In this document: piece by piece, positions 53,142 through 64,000 of the stretch
Position numbering within the stretch: the first letter of the stretch is position 1
Layout: each line of letters begins with the position of its first letter
Notes under the pieces: model-generated
Database searches by the model: none
What the model saw: only the letters and a program-made list of their open reading frames with translations
What the model was told of the DNA's origin: nothing
NCBI RefSeq assembly: GCF_964355755.1
Contig: NC_092679.1
Location: forward strand, 6,788,201-6,852,200
Direction of reading: 5' to 3'
Source: Antedon mediterranea
Lineage: Eukaryota; Animalia; Echinodermata
Length of the DNA stretch: 64,000 bases
Translations under genes and position numbers: made by a program

Positions 53142-53684
53142 TAACTTAATGATATGCTGTGATTCAACGAGAGTAGACGTGTTTGAAGGAGCTCTCGCTA
53201 GCCATACTAGCCAAACCGGCGTTTCAACTAACTGTAACACACCAAGCTGAACATACTTCATATTTCCCGCTGCAGATCAAATCACAGCGGCACACCTTAA
53301 GCCTAGACTCTGACTTTTTTTTTTTTCTTGGATCAATTTCGTACGGATTACCTATCAATAATCATCATTACTTTACACAGTTGAATTTATTTGTGCGTTT
53401 ACATGGACTATATACCAACACTTTGCCGAGGAAAGTAAGCTATCGCTAGCCAAGCTAAACCAGCGATTAAAACACGCCAAGCTGAACAACTCATATTTCC
53501 CGCTGAGGGTAAGCTCATAACGGCACAACTTAAACATACCTCTGTCTATTTAGTATAATCTAGAACGGATTACCCATTAATAATCATCATTGATTTACAC
53601 AGTTGAATTTGTGTGTAGTTATTATGGACAATACCCCCATTTTACTGAGGAATGTTTCATAAAATAGTGAATGGTCTATAGCAG

Positions 53685-54527
53685 ATGGCTATTAACAATT
53701 GGAATACCCAAGACTACTATAAAATGATTGTCAGTATAATTATAAATACCATTGTTCTCGTACCAATTGCATTCAAGCTACTTATTATAGCCGGCGATAT
53801 AGAAACAAATCCGGGTCCTATAGAAACCAGACAAACAACAATTAAAGAATCAATGGGAATGGAACCTTCATTGAAAGATGTTTTGAAACAACTTAACGAT
53901 ATGAATACAGTTTTAAACGATAAAATGGATAGGATAGCTTCTGATTTCGCTTCAATTAAAGGAGATATGTCGAAAGGATTTGACAGGCTAACTAAAAAAA
54001 TAACTGATTTGGAAGAAGAAAATATAAGACTAAAAAACACAAACAAAGTTATAACTACACAACTAGATAAACTAGAAGCTGAAAGTCGTCGTAATAACAT
54101 CATTATTTATGATATCCCTGAAGATGATAGAAATGAAACGTGGCTTGACTGCGAACGAAAGGTAAAGGATTATATAACAACAAATTTAGAAATCGAAGAG
54201 GTCGCTTTCGAGAGAGCGCATAGATTGCACAGCAAAAGTAACCCACGACCAATCATAGCAAAACTTACTAGCTACAAACAAAAAGATGAAATAATGTCCA
54301 AAAATAGAGCACTCAAAAGAAAAATGACTGGAAATAAATCAAAAATTAACATGGGTGAAGATTATACTTTCAGAGTTCGTAAAATTAGAAAAGGCCTACA
54401 ACCAAGGATACAACAAGCAATCAAAAACAACGATCGTTTTCGGCTCAGATATGATAAGCTGTTTATAGGCGACGAAGTATATACATTCAACGTAGAAGAC
54501 AACAAAATCATAAACCTCACAAAATAG
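53685..54527 (+). CDS. LINE ORF1p: hydrophobic leader, 2A-like peptide, coiled coil and L1-type RRM/CTD
   Basis: GDIETNPGP at 53793-53819; heptad region; SRRNNIIIYDIPE, FERAHRL, PRPIIAKL motifs. Confidence 0.9.
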   Translation: MAINNWNTQDYYKMIVSIIINTIVLVPIAFKLLIIAGDIETNPGPIETRQTTIKESMGMEPSLKDVLKQLNDMNTVLNDKMDRIASDFASIKGDMSKGFDRLTKKITDLEEENIRLKNTNKVITTQLDKLEAESRRNNIIIYDIPEDDRNETWLDCERKVKDYITTNLEIEEVAFERAHRLHSKSNPRPIIAKLTSYKQKDEIMSKNRALKRKMTGNKSKINMGEDYTFRVRKIRKGLQPRIQQAIKNNDRFRLRYDKLFIGDEVYTFNVEDNKIINLTK

Positions 54528-57500
54528 GGTTTTGGCCGTGGTCCTAATGAAGAACAATCTGAACCATCTTTGAAAGTCACTAAACACATTGATTGTATTT
54601 CTTGGAATATTAATGGTATTAATAACAAATTCGCTGATTCTGACTTTATTGAGTATGTTAACAAATTTGACATAATTTGTTTTAGTGAAACATGGGATAA
54701 ATATCGGAACGATTACAATATTAAAGGTTTTACTTGCATATCAAAATTACCAGATAAAACAAGTCGACATTGAAGAAATAGTGGAGGCGTAATGGTATAT
54801 TATAAATTAAATCTCGTCGTTGAAGAACTGCCAAGTGCATCGAATAACATTATTTGGTTAAGGATTACTCTATCCCCAACCGACACTGTTGTAATCGGTT
54901 TTTTGTATAGACCACCAAGTACATCCAGTTACGCGACAACTGACTTTTTTGACATTTTATCTAACGAATATTTGCATTACAGCTCCCAAATATCAGACAT
55001 AGTATATGTAGTTGGCGACTTTAATGGTAGAACTGGTTCGGAGGACGATTACATATCTGCTGACGAAAATGACACATGGAACAATAATCTTTTTCTGGAA
55101 GACAACATCCGGATTGAAAGTAGAACGAATTCTGATTGTATACTAAATTGCTACGGTAAAGATATATTAGAATTTTGCAAAGAAACTGGTATGCGAATCA
55201 CAAATGGTAGAATTGATAAAGAATCATCCAGTGGTTTTACATTTATCAGTTCACATGGTAAAAGTGTATGTGATTACCTTCTTACTAACTCAAACAACTT
55301 TAAACTAATATCTTATTTAAGAATTGATGACCGTGTTGAATCGGATCATATGCCAATTGCCTTTAGTATTCAATTCAAAGACAAAGAACACACCAAAATG
55401 ATTGTCAATGAAGATGACACGTTTACCCAGAGTACGTTCAAATGGTCCAACAGTTACATTAATGCATCCAAAGTCAGATGGGAACATGATATCATTGAAA
55501 CTATTGATAATGATTTTATGAATGCTATCTCTCAAAATAAAATTGATGAGGCAGTTTCACATTTATGTAAAATTTTTGAATACGTATGTAAAGGAATTAA
55601 GTATACACAAACAAGTAAATCTTCAACTTCTACAAAACGAAACGAATGGTTTGATAAAGATTGTAAGAACCTTAAAATGCAGGTTAAACAATCATTAAAG
55701 AGATTTAGAATTATGCGCACTCAACCTTTTTTAAATAATTATATTCAGATAAAAAAGCAATATAAATCGCTATTAAAATGCAAAAAAAATAACTTTCATA
55801 AAAGAATACGCAAACAAATTATCGATTCACTCAATACAAAGGATAGCAAAACGTTTTGGATGAAGTTGAAGACAAAACAGAAATTATCTTGCGAACTTTC
55901 TATTAATCAATGTTATATTCATTTTAAGAACCTATTTAAAAACGATGAGTCTATTGGTAGCGCTGAGTTGCCAAAAATCACAGAATGCCAACAGAATGAA
56001 GACGATGATTATTTAGACCACGACATAACGTTGGATGAAATAAAAAAAGCATTTAATTCTCAAAATAGTGGAAAAGCTCCCGGCATTGATGGAATGAATT
56101 TTGAATTTTTGCTAAACGCCCCCAACATTATTTTTGATATTTTAAAAATTCTTTTTAACGCCATATTTTTAGTTGAAAAATTTCCCAAACAATGGGCAAC
56201 AAGCTTAATCGTTCCAATTTTTAAAAATGGAGATAAAAACAAACCTGAAAATTATAGAGGTATTTCTTTAATTCCAATCCTAGGAAAAATATTTTTAAAT
56301 ATTCTTAATTCTAGGTTAACACAATTTACAAATAGTAAAAAGTTAATTCATGAGGAACAAGCAGGCTTTCGTAAGGGATATAGAACGACAGATAATATAT
56401 TCATTTTAGATACCCTCATCTCTAAATACTTAGATAAAAAGCGGGGTAGGATTTTTGTTTGTTTTGTTGATCTTAAACGTGCCTTTGACTCTATAAATCA
56501 TACACTTTTACTACATAAGTTGAAATGTATCGGTGTTTCAGGCAGAATGTTACACATAATAAATTCCTTATACCAAAACTTATCTGCTCATGTTAAAATT
56601 GGCAACAAACTTAGTCCATCTTTTAATTGTTCGATTGGAGTACAACAAGGTTCTCCGTTGTCGTCTTTACTCTTTAATATTTACATTAATGATTTGAGTG
56701 GTATACTTAATCAGGTAAACGATTTCATTCAAATTGGAGATTGTCATATGAATCATCTTCTTTATGCAGATGACTTAGTGCTTGTTAGTGATACGGTGAA
56801 AGGTCTCCAAAAATTAATAAATAAACTTGAACTTTATTGTGATACTTGGAAACTTACTGTAAACACTACAAAATCCAAAATTATGGTTTTTAAAAATGGC
56901 CGCAATTTAAGGAACATTGAAAAATGGAAGTATAAAAATATTCAATTAAAAATTGTTAATTCGTATAATTATCTTGGTGTTATTTTTAGTTCAAATGGTG
57001 CATGGAACAACTCAATGCAACATAATCAACAAAAAGCAAATCAAAGTTTATTCTGCTTAAAATCATTCATTTATCGTAACTTATCTTTTCTTCCAATTAA
57101 TACATGGAACCATATCTTTGATGTGAAAATACTTCCTATTTTAACGTATGGAAGCGAAATCTGGGGAATGTCAGATAGCACAAACATTATAGAAAAAACA
57201 CATACTAAATTTTGTAGATATTTATTGCAAGTTGGAAAAAATGCACCAAATGCCGCGGTTACTTCTGAGTTAGGTAGATTACCACTTTCTGTGGATTGTT
57301 TAGTTACAGTTATAAGATTTTGGTTACACATTATTACTTTAGATCATGACAGATTCATTTTTAAGTGTTATGAGTTTCAACTTAGAAAAGTTAACCGTAA
57401 TGAGAATTGTTGGGCACAACAGGTTAAACACTTACTCTTTTCTACTGGTTTTGGTTATATATGGTTACAACAATATGTTAATAGTAAAGGTTTATTTTTG

Positions 57501-57959
57501 AGAGAATTTAAGTTGCGCTTATGTGATATTGAAAAACAAAAATGCATTCAAAAATTTAGTTTACATAATAAGTTAAGGCTCTTTTCTCTTTATAAAAAAG
57601 AAATATGTTTAAGTTATCACTTGACCAACATCATTAATTTTAAACAAAGAAGATTATTAACTAAGTTACGTTTAGGGATATTAGAGCTAGAAATTGAAAA
57701 GGGCAGATGGGAGGGTGTAGAAAGATATAAGAGAACGTGTAAATTATGTAAAAAGAACATTGTTGAGGATGAATATCATTTTATTTTGCAATGCACATTT
57801 TACAATGATTTAAGAAAAAGTTTTATTCCAAGATTTATTCGTGTTTTTCCTTCTATTAATAAGCTTTGTTTATTACTTTCCAACACAAATTTTACTTATA
57901 ATTTAGGAAAATACGTCTACTTTGCTTTTGAAAGAAGAAACCATTATCTTAAGTTATAG
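54528..57959 (+). CDS. LINE ORF2p (APE endonuclease, reverse transcriptase, C-terminal CCHC) with one internal TGA at 54771-54773
   Basis: SWNING, FSETW, GDFNGR, SDHMP (EN); KAPGIDG, QAGFRKG, GVQQGSPLS, YADD (RT); CKLC..EDEYHFILQC. Confidence 0.93.
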
Positions 57960-59209
57960 TTTTTTTTTTTTTTATTTGTTTGTATTAGGGCCAAAGGCCA
58001 ATATACTTTGAACCAATAAATTCCCTGAAAAGGGAAAGAAGAAGAACTCGTTTAAATTTAATTTAAAAAAACACATTTTATCGTAATTGTCTAATTGAAT
58101 TTGTTTTAGATAATTGTTTTAAATTTAAAAGTATATAGTAGATTCGTATTAGTTAAGTATAGTTTTATATATTTTGTCATTTTTAAGAGGGCCCCTGGAT
58201 ATCAGATGACGGAAGGAAGGATTACCCTCTATAAATAAAGTTGAAATAAAATAAAATAAATAAATAAATAGAAATCGTAGCTCCGTCAACAAATTTACCA
58301 AATACTTGATGTACGCATGCGTTCGGTAATCGAACGCGCAAACGGTTAACGCGCGCTGAAAATTATATTAACGTTTTGACAAATTGAGTGTATGGCGTGC
58401 TTCTGACGACGACCGTACGAATTTACTTTCCGAAAATTGTTTAAAATTGTAAAACAACCGTAAAACAACGCATTTACAGAGATTGAGATGGAGACGTCTA
58501 GCATCCATACTTTATTAACGTACGGTAAAGTTTGATAAAATGTTTCAATAAAATAATATAGGCTAATAAGAATCACTTGATGGACATGACATGAGTTTAG
58601 AGTATAATATAACGGAGAGAGGCAGCACGGTCTGTCTGTGTGAAGAAGACCGATCTGCCGATCCGTCGTGGTCGTCTCCCGGGTTGTTGTGTTGTTGCTT
58701 CTCCGGCTGTGCGCGCGGCGAATGGTACGTGGTGCGTACACGTAGCCTACGTGTGTTCCACACTGAAATACCGGTATCCCACATTCAATTGTCCAAAACT
58801 AGGCAACTTCTATCTCTCCATACAATATCATTTTAACAGCATTACTTTCTTTCTCCTCCCCATCCATCCTGAATAATTTTCACTCGCGGGTTTGAATGAT
58901 TATACGTAGCCTAGTGTTGCTTCTAAACCTATCCAATTAATAATAAAAATCTACCAACTAGAATTTATAAGCCTAGGCTATCCTATACTGTTTACTGTAT
59001 AAATATTATATAATTAAATCCTACTTCTTCATAATGTATAATGCTTCATTCAGCGTTTTAGTTTAAAGTAGCTTATTTTCGTCTTCATGATGACGGACTT
59101 TAAGCAGATATTAAAATGTTTGCCATGAGCAATCATTGCTTCTGATACCAACGTCTTGTTGTAATTGTATACTTTATAAGCACAGTTATACCAATCCATC
59201 GTATTTCAG

Positions 59210-60466
59210 TAGGCCTAGTTGTGAGGATACGACAGCCAACACCAGCTACAAAATAATAGGCCTAACTGCAGATGAGCCAATAACACCTCCCAAGAGGAAA
59301 TCCCGTCGATTTGATCCGGGTTTGGACATTGCTCTGCTTCAACTGGTTTTCGATAATTGGCCCATTATAAATGTCAAAATATGGGAAGCGATTGCAATGA
59401 AGCTTGGACCTGTTACCCCTCGTGGATGCAAAGACAGATTTCGCAAACTCCTGGCTGCGTTCAAAGCCAATGACATTGGGTCATTAAGAGGGTACGTATA
59501 GAAAATTACTTTTTGTTCACACGTACCGTACCAACATGATCATGATCAGGAAATAGTAAAATTGTACTCTTCCCTGATCATGACCAACATCATTCACCAT
59601 GCTATTCTATTATCACCGCAACAACCAATTCTCACTCTCTAAATTCTCCAAAATTATATTACCGTATATCACATATTTAGTGCAGGGACTATCGAAGAGT
59701 ATAAAGAAAGAGAAAGGCTATTAGTAGAGGTTGGAAGACTTGAGATTGACCAGGCAAGGGAAGGATTTGTATTGCCTGACAAAGTTGCGCCTAGACCTAA
59801 TGTTAAAGAGAAGTCAGTAATAAAAGAACCTCAAAAAGACTCGAATTCAGACAAGCAAGGTAAGAATAATGTCATGGTTAATCGATCGGGGGGGGGGGGC
59901 ATCCATATTTAAGCTTGGTTCCTACTAGAACGCAATTAAGGACGTAAACCGCAACGCAAGAGAATTGACAAATTAAAAGCGATTGCTTATTCGAACTGTT
60001 GCTTTGGTCAACTCGCTTGCGTTGCGGCTTACGTACTTACGTTGCATCCTAGTGGAACGAGCTTAAATAGGGGCCTTGTGCGAAAGGAACAAGTGCACCA
60101 ACAAACCCTAATTCAGGCTGCGTTGTGGAGTCCCAAAGGAGTCTCCTTATACAGGTTGAGTTTCAACAATGTCTTACGATATCATCACGTACGATTCGTT
60201 ATATTTTATATACCGGTACACCATTACATTTTATTTTATTAGATGACAACACTGAACAGTGTGTACTTACTACAGCAGCAGAGAAAAGAAATCGTGTTCT
60301 TGTTGAGTATGTGGAATACTTAAAGATAAAGGCTGAGAGAGAATTTGCACTCAATATAGAAAAAACGGCCATTGAAAGAGAAAGATTCGAACTTGAAAGA
60401 AAAGAGAGAGAGGCGATGATCGCACATGATGCTAATATAATGAAACTCTTACTTCAAACGTTGTAA
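59210..60466 (+). CDS. Myb/SANT-like DNA-binding protein with C-terminal coiled coil (PIF/Harbinger ORF type). Exons 59210-59491, 59681-59859, 60243-60466; possible first exon 58591-58724
   Basis: RFDPGLDIALLQLV..WEAIAMKL..RGCKDRFRKLL..SLRGAGTIEEYKERERLL; phases consistent; C-terminal ERERFELERKERE coil. Confidence 0.8.
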
Positions 60467-61251
60467 CCATGAGGTCATGATGATGATGTTAGAATGTTAA
60501 ACCTACTAGGTGGAAGTAGCATAGGCCTATATTACAATACTATATGTTACTTAGTTGAGTTTTTTGGAAATGCTATTGCTTTCCACACTACGCTGAGACA
60601 CAACGCAAAGAAGCGCGCGTAAGCGTAACGCAAGCTGACCAATGACAAGCGAGAGTTAGAATAATCCATCACTTGTTATTGGTCACATTAAGTCCTTGCG
60701 ATGCGCCTTCGCCATAGTGAGAACTAGTTTGTCGACGTTAACATGCTTTTGTATTTTATTTTCAATGTTACTTTTACTTACTACAGTAATCAATAAAGTC
60801 TCTCTCTCGGTTGTTAAGTGAATTTATTTACTTTCACGGTAGTGCAGTCAAACTGAAACTAAACAGAAATGTATGTCTTCAGATGTATTAAATATATAAA
60901 CCTATGGAACTAAATCATTGAACCAGACACGCAATAAAATAATGAACCCTAAAGATTTGTCCCACAAAAACATAAAAATGAAGATTAATCAGGCATTTTG
61001 CAGTTTTAATAAAGTTATTCACTTCAGTAGGAAAAAACGAACAAAAGTAATAAACGGTTCAATTCAACTAGTTTTTACTTTGATATAGTTTTTTCAGGAA
61101 AGTAGAAAGTGTTTTTTTTCGATCCACTGAATTTTTGGTCAAAGCATGGAGATACCTCCATGGTCAAAGTAAATAAATATTATGTGACATTAAAATTGCA
61201 TATGCAAAAAAAAAGACATTTTCAAAACAAAAACAAATTTCAGGGGGACAA

Positions 61252-61572
61252 TGTTATTATACAAAAGCAACTGTTGTGATTTTAGGTTGGTGCTGGAATG
61301 GCCTGATAATTAAGGCTACTAGGCTTACCTTAACAGTCCCGCTTGTCCTAAATCACACAAGTATCCGAAAGCAGCAAATCCAAATATATTGGTCAAGTTC
61401 GTTATGTCCGTCTCTCTTCAGTTCCTGCTTCGAATAGACCGGTCGGTTCGGGCGGCGTCGAGGTCCCACGTTAACATTTGCATACCCCCTGTATGCAAAT
61501 CAAGCTACCGGGGCGACGCCCTCGTTCGGTCGGAGGGGTGGTCTGTTTACCCAGCGGGCGCCGTTCACAACA
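61252..61572 (-). repeat. 3' LTR (321 bp) of a Gypsy element; polypurine tract at 61573-61582
   Basis: TGTT..AACA termini; ACGGGAGGAG purine tract directly precedes it on the minus strand; abrupt GC shift; interrupts a MITE at GGGACAA. Confidence 0.85.
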
Positions 61573-61858
61573 CTCCTCCCGTGTTTGAAAAGCGGGCACC
61601 CCGTCCTGGATCCACCTCGGAGGTGAACCGGGTGATTTTCGTACGTGAAAAATACCCGATACCCGTAGCTATGTAGACCGCTTCTAACGATCCCTTCAGG
61701 TAGTCACTGGCCGTGGGACATGCCTGTAGCACCGTCCTCCGCTTCCCTGGATACCTGAAAGATATAAATGAAAATAAATGTAAAACAGAACCATGTTCTT
61801 TTGAAACGGACAATTTCTGGAAAAACTGAAAACTTCTGGTTGTGGGTGAGCCAGGGGC

Positions 61859-63394
61859 TCAAAGGAGATCTCGACCATTCTTCCATGTCCGATCAATGAC
61901 CTGCATGGGGCTCCGGTCGAGCACCTGTCCCACGGCGACGGCGGTCGCCGCCCACAACAGATGAGGTGCTCCGACTGGGTATCCGGCAGGAGGATAGTCC
62001 GGTCCGTTGGACCCCATCAGCAATCGCCGATCTTCATTGGTAGCGATGAAACGCAGGCCCTTGCGTTGATCGGCCGTAAAGCCAGTCACTCGGCTGGTCA
62101 CGCTAAAGTATGTCCTGGGGAAATGTCGGAGGTAGGCGATTGCTACGGCTTCCGTGGAAGCGTAGTCTGCCAGAAGCAGCCGCTGTTCCTTCAACACACA
62201 ACTCAGACGTAGGATGTCCAAGACGCGATAGTAGCACTCCTCCCCAGTGACATCGCCTTGAACTCCAGAGACTTCAAGACACAGGATGCGGTGGTGGCGG
62301 CCGTCCAAGCAACGACCCAACACCTTCTTTAGCAGCTGATCTTGTCTCGGCCAATCCGTAGGCGGGGCCGAATGGTCCAACCCCACTCTCCCGATTACTC
62401 GAACATCTCGAGTTCGGGCTAAGGCCAGAAGCCTATCGAATTGGACCGTTGTCGGCGAGTAGCCAGGAGCCACTCCCAAGCCCACCGCACAGCCGTTCCT
62501 CGCCAGTCCGCCAATCTCCCGCTCGGTGGGTAAGTGGTTGGATTGACAAACAGGGCAATCCCGCCTACCACTTCCACAGGTTGTGTTCCACTTCTCACCC
62601 GCACCGCTCGCTCCACGTCCCAGAGGTCCCCTCGTCGGGAGAGTTGCAGGTCCCTCTGCAACCGGTCCAGATGGAAACAGGCGTCAAACACTTTGGGCGC
62701 CGAACCAAGCGAGGCCGATGTACCCTGCACAATCGGTGGCGCCGCCACTGATCTACCATCCTTCGGTGCCGGGGCATCGCGCTTGGTCGGTCGCTCTCCA
62801 TGTTCGCCACCTGCCGCTTTCCTCTTCGTCGACTTTTTGGCGGTCTGGTCCACTGCCGGCTCCTCCTCCTCAGCCCGACGACCACACTCCTTCACCAGCT
62901 CTTCACCAAAAGAAGCGATGAGAGCAATCGCACAGCGCCAGTGTATGAGAGCCGACGGGTGTCCTGCCTTTACCAAGGCCCTCCGCTGCCAAGCTGGTGA
63001 GTGCCCGCCACTGCACTCGTGCCCTCCGCCAAGAACTTTGTTCCCGTGGTCGAAAACATGCCGGGGCATGCATCTTCGTGACGTGGACCCGCATGTTGCT
63101 CACTGGACCACATCCCAGATGGCATTTTGGTTTCTGCTTGGCTGGGGTGCTCGCCACCGGGCAAGCCCCTCTCGTATCCCCAGCCACTGCTTGCTCTTTC
63201 GGGGTCATCAGATGGAAGATTGGTTTCCCCTTGGCCGGGGTGGTCGCCGCCGGGCAAGCCCCTCCCGTATCCCCAGCCACCGCTTCCCCTTTCGGGGTCG
63301 GTTCCTCCTGTGCACCCGGACTAGCCAGGAGCACATCTTCCTCCATCTCGGAAATGTCCGTCTCACTTCCGTCAGCGAACGGTAACTGATCCAT
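61859..63394 (-). pseudogene. Extra Gypsy ORF: acidic N-terminus, C2H2-like finger and TatD-like TIM barrel; two frameshifts (~62975, ~62530)
   Basis: CHLGC..HVTKMH; KVFDACFHLD, GLGVAP, VIGRVGLDH, YFSVT, RLLMGSNGPDY and TWKNGRDL align in order with TatD motifs DxHxHL, GxHP, IGExGLD, YISF, RLLxETDxPY and TxxNAxxL. Confidence 0.78.
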
Positions 63395-63427
63395 ATCTGA
63401 GGGAGAAGAGAAGGTAAACGTGAGTAC

Positions 63428-64000
63428 TTAATTGTTAACTGAGGACTTGCAGTCCGCACATCGATATAAGTCGATGTCCAAGGCCTCAGCTGGTGCAATA
63501 TTCACACATGCACCGTGGTACCACACCTCGCAATAGTCACATTGTATCATAAATGAGCCGTCCCAGGGCTGGCGACATAGACAATACAACGGTCCCGCAT
63601 CCGGATCTGTAGGTGAAGAAAGAGAAGGTAAGTTAAAATCAGCCAGCCATTTAGGAAGCTGTCGATCCCGACAGGGCTTCAACTTGTCATGATTTAAAAC
63701 CACCGTCTTGTTTCTCAGCTGCACCTGAAATAAACAAGAACTAATAACCTTAGTAATAATACCGGGCCTCTTCCAGGGGGGACACAATTTCTTGCACTTC
63801 CCCCGAGGGGTAGCGTTGTCAAGAACGTAGACTTTGTCCCCACATTGGTATGGACGTTCCAGCACTCGAAGATCATAGTCCCGTTTCATTCTCTTCTGAG
63901 TCTGCTTCAGCGTTTCCCTAGCGATGCCATGGGCATCACGGATCGCTTTTACCAAATCTGCAACGTAGGTGGCGGCTTCCTGCTCATCGGTGGACCGGCA
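63428..64000 (-). CDS. Gypsy pol C-terminus: integrase SH3-like/GPF-Y region plus PHD finger
   Basis: [31 protein letters not shown] followed by C4HC3 [34 protein letters not shown]. Confidence 0.9.
   Translation of the reverse strand, partial: CRSTDEQEAATYVADLVKAIRDAHGIARETLKQTQKRMKRDYDLRVLERPYQCGDKVYVLDNATPRGKCKKLCPPWKRPGIITKVISSCLFQVQLRNKTVVLNHDKLKPCRDRQLPKWLADFNLPSLSSPTDPDAGPLYCLCRQPWDGSFMIQCDYCEVWYHGACVNIAPAEALDIDLYRCADCKSSVNN

Larger units (their letters stand above)
53142..58044 (+). mobile_element. Full-length APE-type non-LTR retrotransposon (RTE-X-like by C-terminal motifs; clade uncertain)
   Basis: 5'UTR with two tandem monomers, ORF1, ORF2 (EN-RT-zinc knuckle), 3' hairpin TTCCCT-GAAA-AGGGAA, (GAA)n tail; AACT on both sides. 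Confidence 0.93.
61252..64000 (-). mobile_element. Gypsy/Ty3 LTR retrotransposon, 3' part (truncated by the window edge)
   Basis: Integrase C-terminus, extra ORF, PPT and LTR in the expected order; GC-rich block. Confidence 0.88.

Noticed and set aside
54771-54773. In-frame TGA in the LINE endonuclease as selenocysteine or programmed readthrough
   Set aside because: It falls at the conserved Gly of the GRxSGG motif; a single GGA to TGA substitution is the simpler explanation.
62449-63389. Plus-strand ORFs, including the 283-aa 62534-63385
   Set aside because: Antisense shadows of the GC-rich Gypsy extra ORF, with no recognisable motifs.

Overview
AT-rich eukaryotic (metazoan) genomic DNA with GT-AG introns; a marine invertebrate, possibly an echinoderm (inference from gene and repeat content only). 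Host genes assembled by hand from splice sites and reading-frame phase: (1) the 5' part of BIRC6/BRUCE on the minus strand (13 exons, 250-14105, running off the left edge); (2) a candidate 42-aa myristoylated microprotein (25524-25652); (3) an uncharacterised basic coiled-coil gene (35030-36516, minus); (4) an intronless aminergic-type GPCR; (5) a complete RMDN2/3-family gene (minus) head-to-head with (6) GCHFR/GFRP, which is missed by the ORF track and has two duplicated alternative last exons; (7) a spliced Harbinger-type Myb/SANT-like gene. Mobile DNA: a near-intact full-length LINE nested in an older LINE (2A ribosomal-skip motif, ORF1 and ORF2 in one frame across a TAG); the 3' end of a Gypsy LTR retrotransposon whose integrase ends in a PHD finger and which carries, at the env position behind a splice acceptor, a zinc-finger plus TatD-fold gene lacking nearly all metal ligands; hammerhead ribozyme motifs; many MITE families; tiny P-like footprints; and MITE-seeded minisatellites. 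No CRISPR array, rRNA or intact tRNA was seen. Family assignments come from motif recognition, not database searches.
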